Shown here: positions 29,205-40,248 of the stretch, in pieces
Layout of the letters: each line of letters begins with the position of its first letter
Numbering within the stretch: position 1 is the first letter of the stretch
From: Clostridia bacterium
GTDB taxonomy: Bacteria > Bacillota > Clostridia > RGIG6154
DNA length: 64,000 nucleotides
Assembly (NCBI GenBank): GCA_045589295.1
Contig: JAZNOU010000005.1
Coordinates: forward strand, 32,001 to 96,000
Direction: 5' to 3'
The notes under the pieces: model-generated
The model's database searches: none
What the model was told of the DNA's origin: nothing
Seen by the model: the letters and a program-made list of their open reading frames with translations, nothing else
Made by a program: the position numbers and the translations under genes

Positions 29205-29222
29205 TCAACAATTCCTCTTTAA

Positions 29223-31829
29223 TCACATTATACTTTCTGCTTTATTTTTAAGTTCAAAAAGTTTGTTCATCGCCTCTATCGGAGACAAAACATTTATATC
29301 AATTTCAGATATTTCCTTTATAAAATCACTTCTGTCAGCATCAAACATATTAAACTGCACGTCGCCTGAAGTTTCTGTGTTTTCTGCTTTTTTTACAGAT
29401 TTGTTCTTTGGTTCATCGCTTTCTAGTGATACCAAAATCTTCTTGGCGCTCTTAATAATATCATCCGAAACGCCTGCAAGTTTTGCAACCTCGATACCAT
29501 AACTTTCATCCGCACCACCGCGCACAATCTTTCTTAAGAAAACAATATCATCACCGCGTTTTTTTGCAATGATACAATAATTTTTAACACCTTTTAATTT
29601 TTCTTCCAACTGTGTAAGCTCGTGGTAGTGGGTTGCAAAAAGCGTTCTTGCACCTAGTTTTTTCTTGTCTGCTATATATTCAACCAAAGCCCACGCTATT
29701 GAAAGCCCGTCAAAAGTAGAAGTACCGCGACCAACCTCGTCAATTATCAAAAGGCTTTTTGAAGTTGCATTGTTTATTATATTGGCAACCTCATTCATTT
29801 CCACCATAAAGGTACTCTGGCCGGAAGACAAATCATCTGATGCACCTATTCTTGTGAAAATCTTGTCTACTACACCTACTCTTGCATAAGTTGCAGGAAC
29901 ATAGCTTCCCATTTGTGCTAAGATAACTATAACTGCAATCTGCCTCATATATGTAGATTTACCTGCCATATTAGGACCTGTTATAATTGAAAACATATTT
30001 TCATCGCAATCAAGTGTTGTGTCATTTGGCACAAACAAACTGTTTTTAAGCATGGTTTCCACAACAGGATGTCTGCCGTCTTTTATAATGATTTCACTTG
30101 TTTGTGTAACCTCGGGTTTTGTGTAATTATTTTTAACTGCAACCTCAGAAAGCGATGCAATACTGTCAACAGTTGCAATAACTTTTGCAGTTTTCTGAAG
30201 TCTTTGTATTTTTGACTTTATATTTTCCCTTATTTCACAAAATAAATTATATTCTCTTGCAACTATCTTTTCGGTTGACCTTAATACAATATCTTCAATT
30301 TCTTTAAGTTCTTCAGTTATAAATCTCTCGGCGTTTGCCAGAGTCTGCTTTCTGATATAATCATCAGGAATTAAGTCAAAATATGACCTTGTTACTTCTA
30401 TGTAGTAACCAAAAACTCTGTTGTAGCTTACCTTTAAATTTTTTATTCCCGTTCTTTCTCTTTCTCTTGCCTCAAGTTGTGCAAGGCGTGCTCCGCCATT
30501 TTTTCTGCCGTTTCGCCACTCATCCAAAGTAGCATCGTAACCCTCTTTTATAATTCCGCCTTCCCTGATTGTGAACGGGGTTTCTTTGGTTTCAATTGAA
30601 ACGGAGATAAGGTTATAAATATCGTTAAGCAAATCAAACTCTGTAAACATCTCGACCAAAAGACCACTTTCGCACTCTGACATAAGATTTTTAATATCAG
30701 GCAAGTTTTTTATTGATTCATTTAACGCTAATAAATCTCTTGCGTTTACTGTTTGATACTCAATTTTAGACACAATTCTCTCAATATCGCTGATATTTGA
30801 CAAAGCATTACGCATTTCCTCCCTCAGCATCTGCTTTTTGACAAATTCTTCTACTGCATCTAGTCGTCTTTGAATATGTCTGCATGAAACAAGCGGCTGA
30901 ACAAGCCAGTTTGAAATCATTCTTGCTCCCATTCCTGTTTTTGTTTTGTCAATTATGCTTAAAAGCGAGCCTTTTTTCACACCCTCACGGAAAGTTTTTG
31001 TAAGCTCTAAATTTGCTCTTGCAACACTATCTAAACAAAGATACTGACAAGATTCATAAAACTCTGCCTTATTTATATGTTCAAGCTCTGTCATCTGCGT
31101 TTTTGCAAGATATTTAAGCATCATTGCCGCACTTCTTGCAGCAAGCTTATTCACCGTAATATCATCTTTCTTTAAGTGATTTTTAAGATGCTCTTCCAAA
31201 AAATCCTTTGCATCATTATACTGTATATCTTCTGTAAGCTGCATAAAAGGGTTGTACCTCTTTGTTATAATATTTAAAGAGTACTTGTCCTCTTCTAAAA
31301 TGCTGTTATATATAATTTCTGATGGTGCAAATTTAGCAATTTCGTTAAGCATATCAAATTTCGCGCTGTCAGATGTAAATTCTGTTGCATAAAGTTCACC
31401 TGTAGTTGCATCTGCCGCAGTAAACCCAAATGATGCTCCATCCTTTAAAATTCCAACAATAAAGTTGTTTGTGTTTTCCTCTATTGCATCCGGTATTGTA
31501 ATGGTTCCGGGGGTGATAACTTTAACAATTTCTCTCTGAACAAGCCCTTTACTTTCTTTGGGGTCAGAAACCTGTTCACATATTGCAACCTTGTATCCCG
31601 CTTTTACAAGCTTTGCTATGTATGGATCACAGCTGTGATAAGGAACTCCGCACATTGGTGCTCTGTTTTCCTCACCACAATCACGTCCTGTCAGAGTAAG
31701 TCCTAAAATTTCCGATGCAATCTGTGCATCAGAAAAAAACATCTCGTAAAAATCGCCGAGTCTGTAAAAAATTATGCAATCTTTATTTTTTTCTTTTATC
31801 TCCAGATACTGAAGCATCATTGGAGTCAT
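29223..31829 (-). CDS. mutS: DNA mismatch repair protein MutS
   Basis: TPMMLQY, GDFYEMF, TGPNMAGKSTYMRQ, STFMVEM, DEVGRGTS. Confidence 0.98.
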   Translation of the reverse strand: MTPMMLQYLEIKEKNKDCIIFYRLGDFYEMFFSDAQIASEILGLTLTGRDCGEENRAPMCGVPYHSCDPYIAKLVKAGYKVAICEQVSDPKESKGLVQREIVKVITPGTITIPDAIEENTNNFIVGILKDGASFGFTAADATTGELYATEFTSDSAKFDMLNEIAKFAPSEIIYNSILEEDKYSLNIITKRYNPFMQLTEDIQYNDAKDFLEEHLKNHLKKDDITVNKLAARSAAMMLKYLAKTQMTELEHINKAEFYESCQYLCLDSVARANLELTKTFREGVKKGSLLSIIDKTKTGMGARMISNWLVQPLVSCRHIQRRLDAVEEFVKKQMLREEMRNALSNISDIERIVSKIEYQTVNARDLLALNESIKNLPDIKNLMSECESGLLVEMFTEFDLLNDIYNLISVSIETKETPFTIREGGIIKEGYDATLDEWRNGRKNGGARLAQLEARERERTGIKNLKVSYNRVFGYYIEVTRSYFDLIPDDYIRKQTLANAERFITEELKEIEDIVLRSTEKIVAREYNLFCEIRENIKSKIQRLQKTAKVIATVDSIASLSEVAVKNNYTKPEVTQTSEIIIKDGRHPVVETMLKNSLFVPNDTTLDCDENMFSIITGPNMAGKSTYMRQIAVIVILAQMGSYVPATYARVGVVDKIFTRIGASDDLSSGQSTFMVEMNEVANIINNATSKSLLIIDEVGRGTSTFDGLSIAWALVEYIADKKKLGARTLFATHYHELTQLEEKLKGVKNYCIIAKKRGDDIVFLRKIVRGGADESYGIEVAKLAGVSDDIIKSAKKILVSLESDEPKNKSVKKAENTETSGDVQFNMFDADRSDFIKEISEIDINVLSPIEAMNKLFELKNKAESIM

Positions 31830-31845
31830 AAATACATCTCCGTTT

Positions 31846-32778
31846 CTATTTTTTTGACTTATTTCCTACCTGATTTATGTCGTAAGGTGTTTCCTGATAC
31901 AAATAGTAGTTTATCCAGTTTGAAAAAAGAAGTGTTGCTGCAGAACGCCATTTGACAACAGGTGATTTTTTCGGATCATTTCCCGGGAAATAATTTTCAG
32001 GAACACAAGGATTTATTCCCTTATTTACATCCCTGAAATATTCTGTTGCCAAAGTATCCGCATCATATTCCATATGGCCTGTTATAAACAGCATTTTTCT
32101 GTCTTTTGAAGAAATCAAAAGTTCTCCTGCCTCTTTTGACTCTGCTAAGATATCTAAATTCTCATTATTTTTAATTTGCTTTGATACAGATTTTGTATAT
32201 CTTGAATGGGGTGCAAAAAATTCATCATCAAAGCCTCTTAAAAGTTTAACATTTTTCTTCTTCACTTTGTGGTTATAAACACCCGAAAGTTTTTTAGGCA
32301 GAAGTTCTTTTTCTATACCATAATGGTAGTATAATCCCGCCTGAGCTCCCCAGCAGATATGAAGAGTTGAAGTAACGTGCGTTTTGCTCCACTCCATAAT
32401 ATTGCAAAGCTCCTGCCAGTATTCAACATCATTAAATTCCATTATTTCAACAGGTGCACCTGTTATAATAAGACCGTCGTATTTTTGGTCTTTAATATCA
32501 TCAAACACTTTGTAAAACGCTGTAAGATGCTCACGCGCAGTGTTTTTCGATTCATAAGTTTTTGTCTTTAGCAAGTCAACATCAACCTGAATTGGGGAAT
32601 TCCCCAAAAGTCTTAAAAGTTGAGTTTCTGTCACTATTTTTGTAGGCATTATGTTTAAAATTGCAATTTTCAGCGGACGTATATCCTGTGATGATGCTCT
32701 TTTTTCTGTCATCACAAAAATTCTTTCGTCTTTCAATGTTTTTGCAGCCGGTAATTTATCCGGAATTTTAATAGGCAT
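31846..32778 (-). CDS. metA: homoserine O-acyltransferase, acetyl-type by the specificity residue
   Basis: ITGAPVE (Glu at the position that selects acetyl-CoA), catalytic [13 protein letters not shown]. Confidence 0.93.
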   Translation of the reverse strand: MPIKIPDKLPAAKTLKDERIFVMTEKRASSQDIRPLKIAILNIMPTKIVTETQLLRLLGNSPIQVDVDLLKTKTYESKNTAREHLTAFYKVFDDIKDQKYDGLIITGAPVEIMEFNDVEYWQELCNIMEWSKTHVTSTLHICWGAQAGLYYHYGIEKELLPKKLSGVYNHKVKKKNVKLLRGFDDEFFAPHSRYTKSVSKQIKNNENLDILAESKEAGELLISSKDRKMLFITGHMEYDADTLATEYFRDVNKGINPCVPENYFPGNDPKKSPVVKWRSAATLLFSNWINYYLYQETPYDINQVGNKSKK

Positions 32779-32950
32779 ACCAACACCTCCGCTAATTATA
32801 CTTATTCTAAAATATTATATCACAAAATATATTCTCAGTCAACAAACAAAAGTAGTATTTTGACATAAAAAACTTGATTTAATAACAATAAAAATATTGA
32901 ATTTTTCTTTGTTTTGTGTTACTATAGATTTGAGAAAGGATGATTATGTT

Positions 32951-34369
32951 TTGAAAAAGGCATTTTTAACAATTTCAATACTGATTATTTTGGTTTTTAG
33001 TGCATTTTCAGTTTATGCACTTGAAAACACTATGACTAATACAAATGTGATTTCAAATACAAATGGATACACATTTGAGTGTGTTATAACACCCACAATT
33101 ACCGCAAGTTGCAAACCTGTTATTGCAATGTTTGATGTAAATGGTGCTTTATGCGGACTTATGTATGGAGATAACATTGCTCTCACTTCAGGTCAGCGAA
33201 CAGTAAAGACGTTTACTGCAAGTGCTTCTTCTACACCAACAGAGATCAAAGTTATGCTCTGGAAAACCGACGAAAGTTATGCTCCCCTTTCCAGATTTGA
33301 GCAAGTTTCAACCACGCTTTGCACAGAAAAATTCGGTATGATTACCGAGCTTAACTCATCAAACGGTGTGCAGATTTTTGCAACCGACGGAAGCTACAAT
33401 ACATACACCCTTGCAGACGATGTTATTTTATCACATAGCAAAGGTATTGAAGCGGGAAAAACCGCTGCAACAAACCATATTGAAGCATTAAAGTTGAGCT
33501 ATTACACAAGAAATAAAGTACCAACTACTTTATGGAAGATATTTGCAGATGAAAGAACATGCTTTAAAGACACAAGTGGAAGCACAGCTTCCGCTTACAA
33601 ATACCCTGACTTTTTAAATAACTACACAAAAAGAATGGTAAGATTTTTAGCAACAAGTGATAATCTGATAGTTTCAATGGCTTTTGAAGATGACAAACTT
33701 TTTAAAATTTTATCATCTGTAAAGACCTTAAATGAAGCTTTTTATACATCTTCAACCCGTTCTTTTAATGACTCATTGCAGATCACATCAAATGCAAGAA
33801 TTTTATACATTCCTGCAAAAGTTGGTTCAACTGAAAGTGAATACGCGGTAAAAGCGCCTACACAAATCAAAGAAGGAAACTATTACCACGCAAAAGTATA
33901 TACCGCAAACGGAAATAATATTGTCCTTATGACTTATATGTTTACTGACGCTGAAATTCAACTCTTTAACAAGAAACCGTTAGATAATATCACAATAGCG
34001 TTAAATGGTGATGGTAAAACTATCAATGGTATACAAAAATATGTGTTTAACATAGCATTGTCAGGTCAGACTGACCTGGATAACGATACAGCCTGTGACG
34101 CTGCAGATCTTGCGATGGAATATGTTGCAAACGGCCTTTCAGGTGCATTGGAAGCTGCAAACAACGGTTATGTTATAACGCCTGAATTTGTAAAGATAAA
34201 ATTTAAAGATGATATCCAGAAAGCCAAGGCACAAATCAACATTATTAAGCAACTTGATTCTAAGTTAGGACTATCTCCGGGTTACTATAGCGAATTTGAA
34301 AATGTCGTACCAAAAGCAATTGGAAATTCTGCTATGACATTCCTCAAAGACTATTTCTTAGGTGGTTAA
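32951..34369 (+). CDS. secreted multi-domain hypothetical protein
   Basis: TTG start with AAGGA RBS, signal peptide ending SVYA, Thr/Ser/Asn-rich beta domains, helical C-terminus. Confidence 0.75.
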   Translation: MKKAFLTISILIILVFSAFSVYALENTMTNTNVISNTNGYTFECVITPTITASCKPVIAMFDVNGALCGLMYGDNIALTSGQRTVKTFTASASSTPTEIKVMLWKTDESYAPLSRFEQVSTTLCTEKFGMITELNSSNGVQIFATDGSYNTYTLADDVILSHSKGIEAGKTAATNHIEALKLSYYTRNKVPTTLWKIFADERTCFKDTSGSTASAYKYPDFLNNYTKRMVRFLATSDNLIVSMAFEDDKLFKILSSVKTLNEAFYTSSTRSFNDSLQITSNARILYIPAKVGSTESEYAVKAPTQIKEGNYYHAKVYTANGNNIVLMTYMFTDAEIQLFNKKPLDNITIALNGDGKTINGIQKYVFNIALSGQTDLDNDTACDAADLAMEYVANGLSGALEAANNGYVITPEFVKIKFKDDIQKAKAQINIIKQLDSKLGLSPGYYSEFENVVPKAIGNSAMTFLKDYFLGG

Positions 34370-34398
34370 AGCAACCAGCCTCCTTTATAGGAGGCTGT

Positions 34399-34431
34399 AA
34401 CTTTATATATTATTTTGCATAATATGTATTG
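34399..34431 (+). promoter_or_regulatory. sigma-K-type promoter
   Basis: AACT-N15-CATAATATGTATTG. Confidence 0.45.
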
Positions 34432-34470
34432 CAGACTTCTGTAAACTTAAAAAGTAAGGAGACAATATAT

Positions 34471-34752
34471 ATGTCATGCAGAAATAGAACAAACAACTGT
34501 GGTTGCACACCTGTAAGCCCTTGCGACAGTGCAAAACAATACTGTTGTCTTTGCTATTCACATCAGTGGTACAATGCACCTCGTTATTCAGAGTGCAGCA
34601 GAAGAGTTAAAGTAAATGATATATCTGATGGTTGTGGATGTGGATGCGCAACTCAAACTGTTGCTCAGGACAATTTTAGTTTTAACACCTGTGGTTGTGA
34701 CGCAGACACCGACAGCTCATTCAACGAGTTAGACGAAATTTACTGGCAATAA
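34471..34752 (+). CDS. small Cys-rich hypothetical protein, probable spore outer-layer component
   Basis: 13 Cys in 93 aa with CGC repeats; AAGGAG RBS. Confidence 0.65.
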   Translation: MSCRNRTNNCGCTPVSPCDSAKQYCCLCYSHQWYNAPRYSECSRRVKVNDISDGCGCGCATQTVAQDNFSFNTCGCDADTDSSFNELDEIYWQ

Positions 34753-34754
34753 AA

Positions 34755-34781
34755 AAAGCCGTTGCTTTTTGCAACGGCTTT
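34755..34781. terminator. bidirectional terminator
   Basis: AAAGCCGTTGC-TTTTT-GCAACGGCTTT. Confidence 0.75.
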
Positions 34782-34785
34782 CTAA

Positions 34786-35223
34786 TTAATCACAAAGTTT
34801 TGCTACAACTTGATTGATGAGCTTTCCATCTGCTTTTCCTTTGAGCTCCGGCATTACATTTTTCATAACCATGCCTTTGTTTTTTGCAGCAACTAAATCT
34901 GCAAATTTTTCTGTAATAAAAGCAGTAATTTCTTCTTCACTCATCATCTGAGGTGCATATTTTTCAATAATTGAAAGAGTTGTAGTATATTGATCTATAA
35001 GGTCAGTTCTCTCGGCTGGGCAAGTATCAATTTGCTCTTTAACAGATTTCACTTCTTTTAAAATTACTCTATCCACCAATTCTTCAGGAACATTATCTCT
35101 TGTTCCCTCATCAATTGCCACCTTTTTAATTGCTGCAATAAGTGATGAAACCGCATCTTTTGTAGTTTTATCTTTTGCTTTCATTGCTGCAATCATATCT
35201 TTTTGTAATGTTTCTAACTGCAT
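34786..35223 (-). CDS. GatB/YqeY domain protein
   Basis: DMIAAMKAKDK, YAPQMMSEEEI, MPELKGKADGK. Confidence 0.9.
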   Translation of the reverse strand: MQLETLQKDMIAAMKAKDKTTKDAVSSLIAAIKKVAIDEGTRDNVPEELVDRVILKEVKSVKEQIDTCPAERTDLIDQYTTTLSIIEKYAPQMMSEEEITAFITEKFADLVAAKNKGMVMKNVMPELKGKADGKLINQVVAKLCD

Positions 35224-35225
35224 AA

Positions 35226-35627
35226 TTATTCTCCTTTATTTTTGAGTTCAGCTAAAATCTGTTCCAAAAGAACAGCTTCGTCTGATTTTTTAGGTTCTTC
35301 AATAACAACAGGCTCTGCAGGCTTTTCATATTTCTTTTTAAGAATGCTAATAAATTTCACAAACACAAACACACAAAGTGCCATTATAAAGAAATCAACT
35401 ACATTCTGAATAAATTTACCGTATGCAATTGTTGCATCGCCATACACCCATGCCAAACCTTCAAACTGCTTTCCGCCTATTACAATACCGATCAAAGGTG
35501 TGAACACATCAGCAACCAATGATGAAACAATTTTACTGAAAGCAGAACCAATGATAACACCGACTGCCATGTCGATTACGTTGCCTTTTAACGCAAACTC
35601 TTTAAATTCTTTGATAAACTTTTTCAT
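35226..35627 (-). CDS. mscL: large-conductance mechanosensitive channel
   Basis: EFKEFALKGNVIDMAVGVIIG.AFSKIVSSLV, YGKFIQ. Confidence 0.96.
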   Translation of the reverse strand: MKKFIKEFKEFALKGNVIDMAVGVIIGSAFSKIVSSLVADVFTPLIGIVIGGKQFEGLAWVYGDATIAYGKFIQNVVDFFIMALCVFVFVKFISILKKKYEKPAEPVVIEEPKKSDEAVLLEQILAELKNKGE

Positions 35628-35641
35628 TTATTTTACCTCCA

Positions 35642-36991
35642 TTATTTAATAATAGTCATCTTTTTCCATTTTCCGCTTACATAGTAAATAAACGCTAAGG
35701 TGAGCGCTATAAATGATGCGATTGGCGCTCCAAGCCCAAAACCGAAAAGTCCTAAATCAAGCACCATTCCCAATATGTATGAAGCAGGAATTCTTCCAAG
35801 TAATGATGAAATACAGCTGTTTATAAGTGAAAACGTCGTGTGTCCAGAACCAATAAACAAGCCGTTGAAACAAAAAACCATAGGAACTATAAGATAATCA
35901 AAACTAAATGCATGAATATACTCTGTTCCTTTTTGTATCATTTCGGTATCATTTCCGAAAATCTTAAGCAATGGCTGAGGAAATATATTGAATATTGCAA
36001 AAACTACCACACTAATTGTCATACCTATTGCCATACCTGTAAGCATAGTTTTCTTTGCTCTGTCAATCTTACCTGCGCCAATATTTTGTGCTGCCATTGC
36101 AGACACACTTGAGCTCATTGCAACAGCAGGAAGTATTGCAAAGCCATTAAGCTTACCCACAGCGCCAACTGCTGCCGAGGCAACAACGCCAGCCGAATTT
36201 ACAAGTGAGGTTAAAAACAGAAACGATACACTTGTTGTAACATTCTGTACCGATGTAGGTACACCGATTTTCAAAAGCATTCCAAGTCTTTCTTTGTGAA
36301 AGGCAAACGAACTTAATTTAAAATCAAAAATGAAATTGTTTTTTACAAGGTAAATTATACAAAGTATCATACTTACTGCCTGTGAAATAACCGTGGCAAG
36401 TGCTGCACCGCCTGCCCCCATTTTAAATCCACAAACAAGTAAAATATCAAGAACTATGTTTATTCCACACGCAATTGATACAAATATAAGTGGATTTTTA
36501 CTGTCACCCATTCCACGCATTATTGCAGAAAGCGCATTGTATCCAAAAATAAATATCGTACCCAACATTGTTATGAAAAAATAAGATTTTGCTTCACTAA
36601 AAGACTCTTCAGGAGTTTTAATAAGCCTTAACAACGGTTCTTGTACTGCAATCATAACAACCGTTATTACAACCGCCAAAACAATAAGCGTTGATAAAAG
36701 CGTTCCTATCGTCTCTTTTAGTGCTTTCCTGTCTCCTGCACCTAAATACTGCCCGATTAAAACAGTAGCTCCCACCGAAAGCCCCAACACCATATTTGTA
36801 ATAAGCAGTGTAATCTGCGAACCTATGTTTACACCCGACATACTAGCCGTTCCCGCAAACTGCCCAACAACAATCATATCAACAACGCTGTAAAGCGTTT
36901 GTATAAGATTAGATAAAAGGAACGGGAGTGAAAACATTATAAGCTGCTTTACTACATTTCCCCTTGATAAATCATTTTCAAATTTTGCCAT
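35642..36991 (-). CDS. MATE family efflux transporter
   Basis: LYSVVDMIVVGQF, RGMGDSKNP, GAALATVISQ, QNIGAGK. Confidence 0.93.
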   Translation of the reverse strand: MAKFENDLSRGNVVKQLIMFSLPFLLSNLIQTLYSVVDMIVVGQFAGTASMSGVNIGSQITLLITNMVLGLSVGATVLIGQYLGAGDRKALKETIGTLLSTLIVLAVVITVVMIAVQEPLLRLIKTPEESFSEAKSYFFITMLGTIFIFGYNALSAIMRGMGDSKNPLIFVSIACGINIVLDILLVCGFKMGAGGAALATVISQAVSMILCIIYLVKNNFIFDFKLSSFAFHKERLGMLLKIGVPTSVQNVTTSVSFLFLTSLVNSAGVVASAAVGAVGKLNGFAILPAVAMSSSVSAMAAQNIGAGKIDRAKKTMLTGMAIGMTISVVVFAIFNIFPQPLLKIFGNDTEMIQKGTEYIHAFSFDYLIVPMVFCFNGLFIGSGHTTFSLINSCISSLLGRIPASYILGMVLDLGLFGFGLGAPIASFIALTLAFIYYVSGKWKKMTIIK

Positions 36992-37164
36992 ATTAAGTCC
37001 CCATTCTGTGCACAAATAAATATCTATTTTATAGTATACCATAATAATTTCATTTTTCAAGTGAATTTGTCAGAATTTGCAATTCTTTTAAAAAATATTG
37101 AAATATTTTTAGTTTTAGTGTATAATAAAATTTAACGTAATTCAAAACTGAAAGGTGATTTATC

Positions 37165-37998
37165 TTGGGATTATTTTTTAACTTTGACAGACCAGGTCCA
37201 GGCGTTAACAAAAACTCCGAAAGACCAAGAGGTTTAAAGTTGTTTTTTGAACTTTTCTTCAGAAAACTTGGCGCTTATGTTGCACTTAATCTTTTTTACC
37301 TTACAAGCCTTATTCCTGCAATCGCTGTTTTATGGTACATTTTTATGGTTATAATAAACGACCTTGCGCAGCTTGGGAATGATATGTTGATTGCGGCATC
37401 ATTCTTAGCACTTATACTCTCTGCGTTCGTTTGTATGATCTTTGGATTAAGTCCTTTTGCATCAGGATTTTACTATGTTTTGAGGAACTTCTCTTTTGAA
37501 AAACACGCGTTTATTTTTTCAGACTTTATTGAAAAATTCCGTCAAAACGCAAAAAACTCATGGATTATGTTTTTGGTTGATTTGGCAGCAGTTGCAATTT
37601 CGATTCTCCTGCTTAGAATTTATTTTATATTGTCATTAAGTAATCCGATACTTACAGCTCCTATGGTATTGCTTATCATAGCACTTGTAGTCTTTGCTTT
37701 AATGACTCCATACAAATGGACAATGCTTGTTACTTTTGACCTTAATAAAAAACAAATATACAAAAACTCACTATTTTTTGTACTTGGTGATTTTAAAACA
37801 ACAGTTAAGCACTTTTTGGCTTCTGCTTTGGTTGTTTTGATTTCCTTTATATTGGTATATTTGTTCCCCGCTTTCGGAATAATCATATTTGTACTGTTTG
37901 TACTTTCTGTATACGGCCTTGTATGCCAGCTCAACATATACAATCAGATGCAGGATTTCATCTCTCAAAGTCCTGGTGGCCACGATAATATAAAATAA
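37165..37998 (+). CDS. YesL/DUF624-like membrane protein
   Basis: RPGPGV, FFELFFRK, FSDF.EKFRQN, multiple TM helices. Confidence 0.7.
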   Translation: MGLFFNFDRPGPGVNKNSERPRGLKLFFELFFRKLGAYVALNLFYLTSLIPAIAVLWYIFMVIINDLAQLGNDMLIAASFLALILSAFVCMIFGLSPFASGFYYVLRNFSFEKHAFIFSDFIEKFRQNAKNSWIMFLVDLAAVAISILLLRIYFILSLSNPILTAPMVLLIIALVVFALMTPYKWTMLVTFDLNKKQIYKNSLFFVLGDFKTTVKHFLASALVVLISFILVYLFPAFGIIIFVLFVLSVYGLVCQLNIYNQMQDFISQSPGGHDNIK

Positions 37999-38077
37999 CA
38001 TAACTTTATTATTTATCTTACTTGAATTTATACATTTTTTGGTATATAATGTAATATTGGTGAAAAGAGGTGCTTTA

Positions 38078-38935
38078 ATGAGCAAAATCAAAATTTTGGT
38101 TGACAGCGGTTCTGACGTTTCTTTGGAACAAATCGAAAAATATGGTATGGGCTTTATACCTATTTGCCTGACTTTTGATGGTCAAAATGTTTTAACAGAC
38201 AAGTATGACATTACAACAGATGAGTTCTACTCTCGTTTAAGACAAACAGGAGACGTACCTAAAACTACTCAGATTACTCCTGGCAAATTTGCTGAAAGCT
38301 TTGAAGAACACGCAAAAGATTGCGATGAAATTATTGCGTTTTTGTTAGGTTCTAACACTAGCGGAACCTTCCAGAATGCTTTTAATGTTAAAGAAGAAGT
38401 GGAGCAAAAATGTGGTGTTAAAATACACCTTGTTGACACTCAATCTTTATCTTTGGGCTACGGCTACCCTGCTATTCGTGCCGCACAAATGGCACAAGAA
38501 GGTTTATCTGCCGAAGAAATCATTGAAAAATGCACAAAAATGATAAAATCTGCCTACACGCTTTTCGCAGTTGAAACACTAGATTTCCTAAAGAAAGGTG
38601 GAAGAATTAAAACTGCTACTGCAGTTATTGGCGGAATGCTTGATATAAGACCTATTTTAACTGTTACAGACGGACTTGTTCACTCAATAGATAAAGTTAA
38701 AGGCGAAAAGAAAGTCTTCCCTAAGTTTATGGACCTTTTAGCATCAGCTGTTGAAAATATGAAAAATCCAAAGATTATGATTTTAAACAGTGATGTTGCT
38801 GAAAAGGCTGAAAAGCTCAAACAACTGGTTAAAGAAAAGCTTGATCTTGAAGTAGAGCTTATAAATCAGGTAGGCGTTATTATTGGTGCTCACGCAGGAC
38901 CGGGTGTTTTAGGGATTATAGCAATAGACGATTAA
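38078..38935 (+). CDS. DegV/FakB fatty-acid-binding protein
   Basis: [31 protein letters not shown]. Confidence 0.93.
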   Translation: MSKIKILVDSGSDVSLEQIEKYGMGFIPICLTFDGQNVLTDKYDITTDEFYSRLRQTGDVPKTTQITPGKFAESFEEHAKDCDEIIAFLLGSNTSGTFQNAFNVKEEVEQKCGVKIHLVDTQSLSLGYGYPAIRAAQMAQEGLSAEEIIEKCTKMIKSAYTLFAVETLDFLKKGGRIKTATAVIGGMLDIRPILTVTDGLVHSIDKVKGEKKVFPKFMDLLASAVENMKNPKIMILNSDVAEKAEKLKQLVKEKLDLEVELINQVGVIIGAHAGPGVLGIIAIDD

Positions 38936-38976
38936 AATTTATTTGCCCGTTTTGGGCGGAAATGGAGATAAAAGTT

Positions 38977-40173
38977 ATGAATAAGAAGACAATCAGAGAC
39001 ATCGACGCAAAAGGCAAAAGAGTTTTGGTTCGTTGCGATTTCAACGTTCCACTAGATGAAAATCAGAACATTACTGATGAAACAAGAATTAACGGTGCCC
39101 TTCCTACAATTCAGTATCTTGTAGATGCAGGTGCTAAGGTTATTTTATGCTCTCACTTAGGTAAACCAAAGGGCGAAGCTGTTCCAAAGCTTTCACTTGC
39201 TCCTGTAGCAAAAAAGCTTTCAGAAAAACTTGGCAAAGAAGTAGTTTTCGCAGCAGATGCTGAAGTTGTTGGCGAAAATGCAAAAAAAGCTGTTGCAGCT
39301 ATGAACGATGGTGATGTTGTTTTACTTGAAAACACACGTTATCGTGCTGAAGAAACAAAGAACGTTGAAACATTTAGCAAAGATTTAGCTTCACTTGCTG
39401 ACATTTTTGTTAACGATGCTTTCGGCACAGCCCACAGAGCACACTGCTCAACTGTTGGTGTTACTGAATTTATCGACGGTGAAGCTGTTTGCGGTTTCTT
39501 AATCGAAAAAGAAATTGAATTTTTAGGAAACGCTGTTAACAATCCTGTAAGACCTTTGGTTGCTATCTTGGGCGGTTCTAAAGTTTCAAGCAAAATTTCT
39601 GTTATCAACAATCTTTTGGAAAAAGTTGATACTTTAATAATCGGTGGCGGTATGGCTTACACATTCATGAAAGCTAACGGCGAAGAAGTTGGCGATTCAC
39701 TCTTAGAAGAAGATTATCTCGATTATGCTAACGAAATGGTTGCTAAAGCTAAAGAAAAAGGTGTTAATCTTTTACTCCCTGTTGATACAGTAGTTGCTAA
39801 AGAATTCTCTAACGACGCCCAGCACAAAACTGTTAAAAGAGGTGGAATTGAAGCTGGCTGGCAGGGTCTTGACATCGGCGAAAAAACAGTTGAACTTTAT
39901 AAAGATGCTGTTAAAAACGCAAAAACAGTTGTTTGGAACGGTCCTATGGGTGTATTCGAAATGTCAAGCTTTGCAAAAGGAACAAACGCAATTGCAGAAG
40001 TTTTAGCTGAAATCGATGCTACAACAGTTATCGGCGGCGGTGACAGTGTTGCTGCAGTTAACCAGGCAGGTCTTGGTGACAAAATGAGCCACATCTCAAC
40101 AGGTGGCGGTGCTTCACTTGAATTCTTAGAAGGAAAAGACCTTCCAGGAATTGTTGCTTTAAACGATAAATAA
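38977..40173 (+). CDS. pgk: phosphoglycerate kinase
   Basis: [36 protein letters not shown]. Confidence 0.98.
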   Translation: MNKKTIRDIDAKGKRVLVRCDFNVPLDENQNITDETRINGALPTIQYLVDAGAKVILCSHLGKPKGEAVPKLSLAPVAKKLSEKLGKEVVFAADAEVVGENAKKAVAAMNDGDVVLLENTRYRAEETKNVETFSKDLASLADIFVNDAFGTAHRAHCSTVGVTEFIDGEAVCGFLIEKEIEFLGNAVNNPVRPLVAILGGSKVSSKISVINNLLEKVDTLIIGGGMAYTFMKANGEEVGDSLLEEDYLDYANEMVAKAKEKGVNLLLPVDTVVAKEFSNDAQHKTVKRGGIEAGWQGLDIGEKTVELYKDAVKNAKTVVWNGPMGVFEMSSFAKGTNAIAEVLAEIDATTVIGGGDSVAAVNQAGLGDKMSHISTGGGASLEFLEGKDLPGIVALNDK

Positions 40174-40248
40174 TTTTAAAATATGCAAAATCAGTTAAAA
40201 CCCATGTTTTAGCTGATTTTGTAGAATTGTTACATAAGGAGATTTATT

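Noticed and set aside
32779-32850. SAM riboswitch or T-box upstream of metA
   Set aside because: TTGACT-N17-TATAAT lies ~35 nt from the ATG, leaving no room, and no conserved motifs are present
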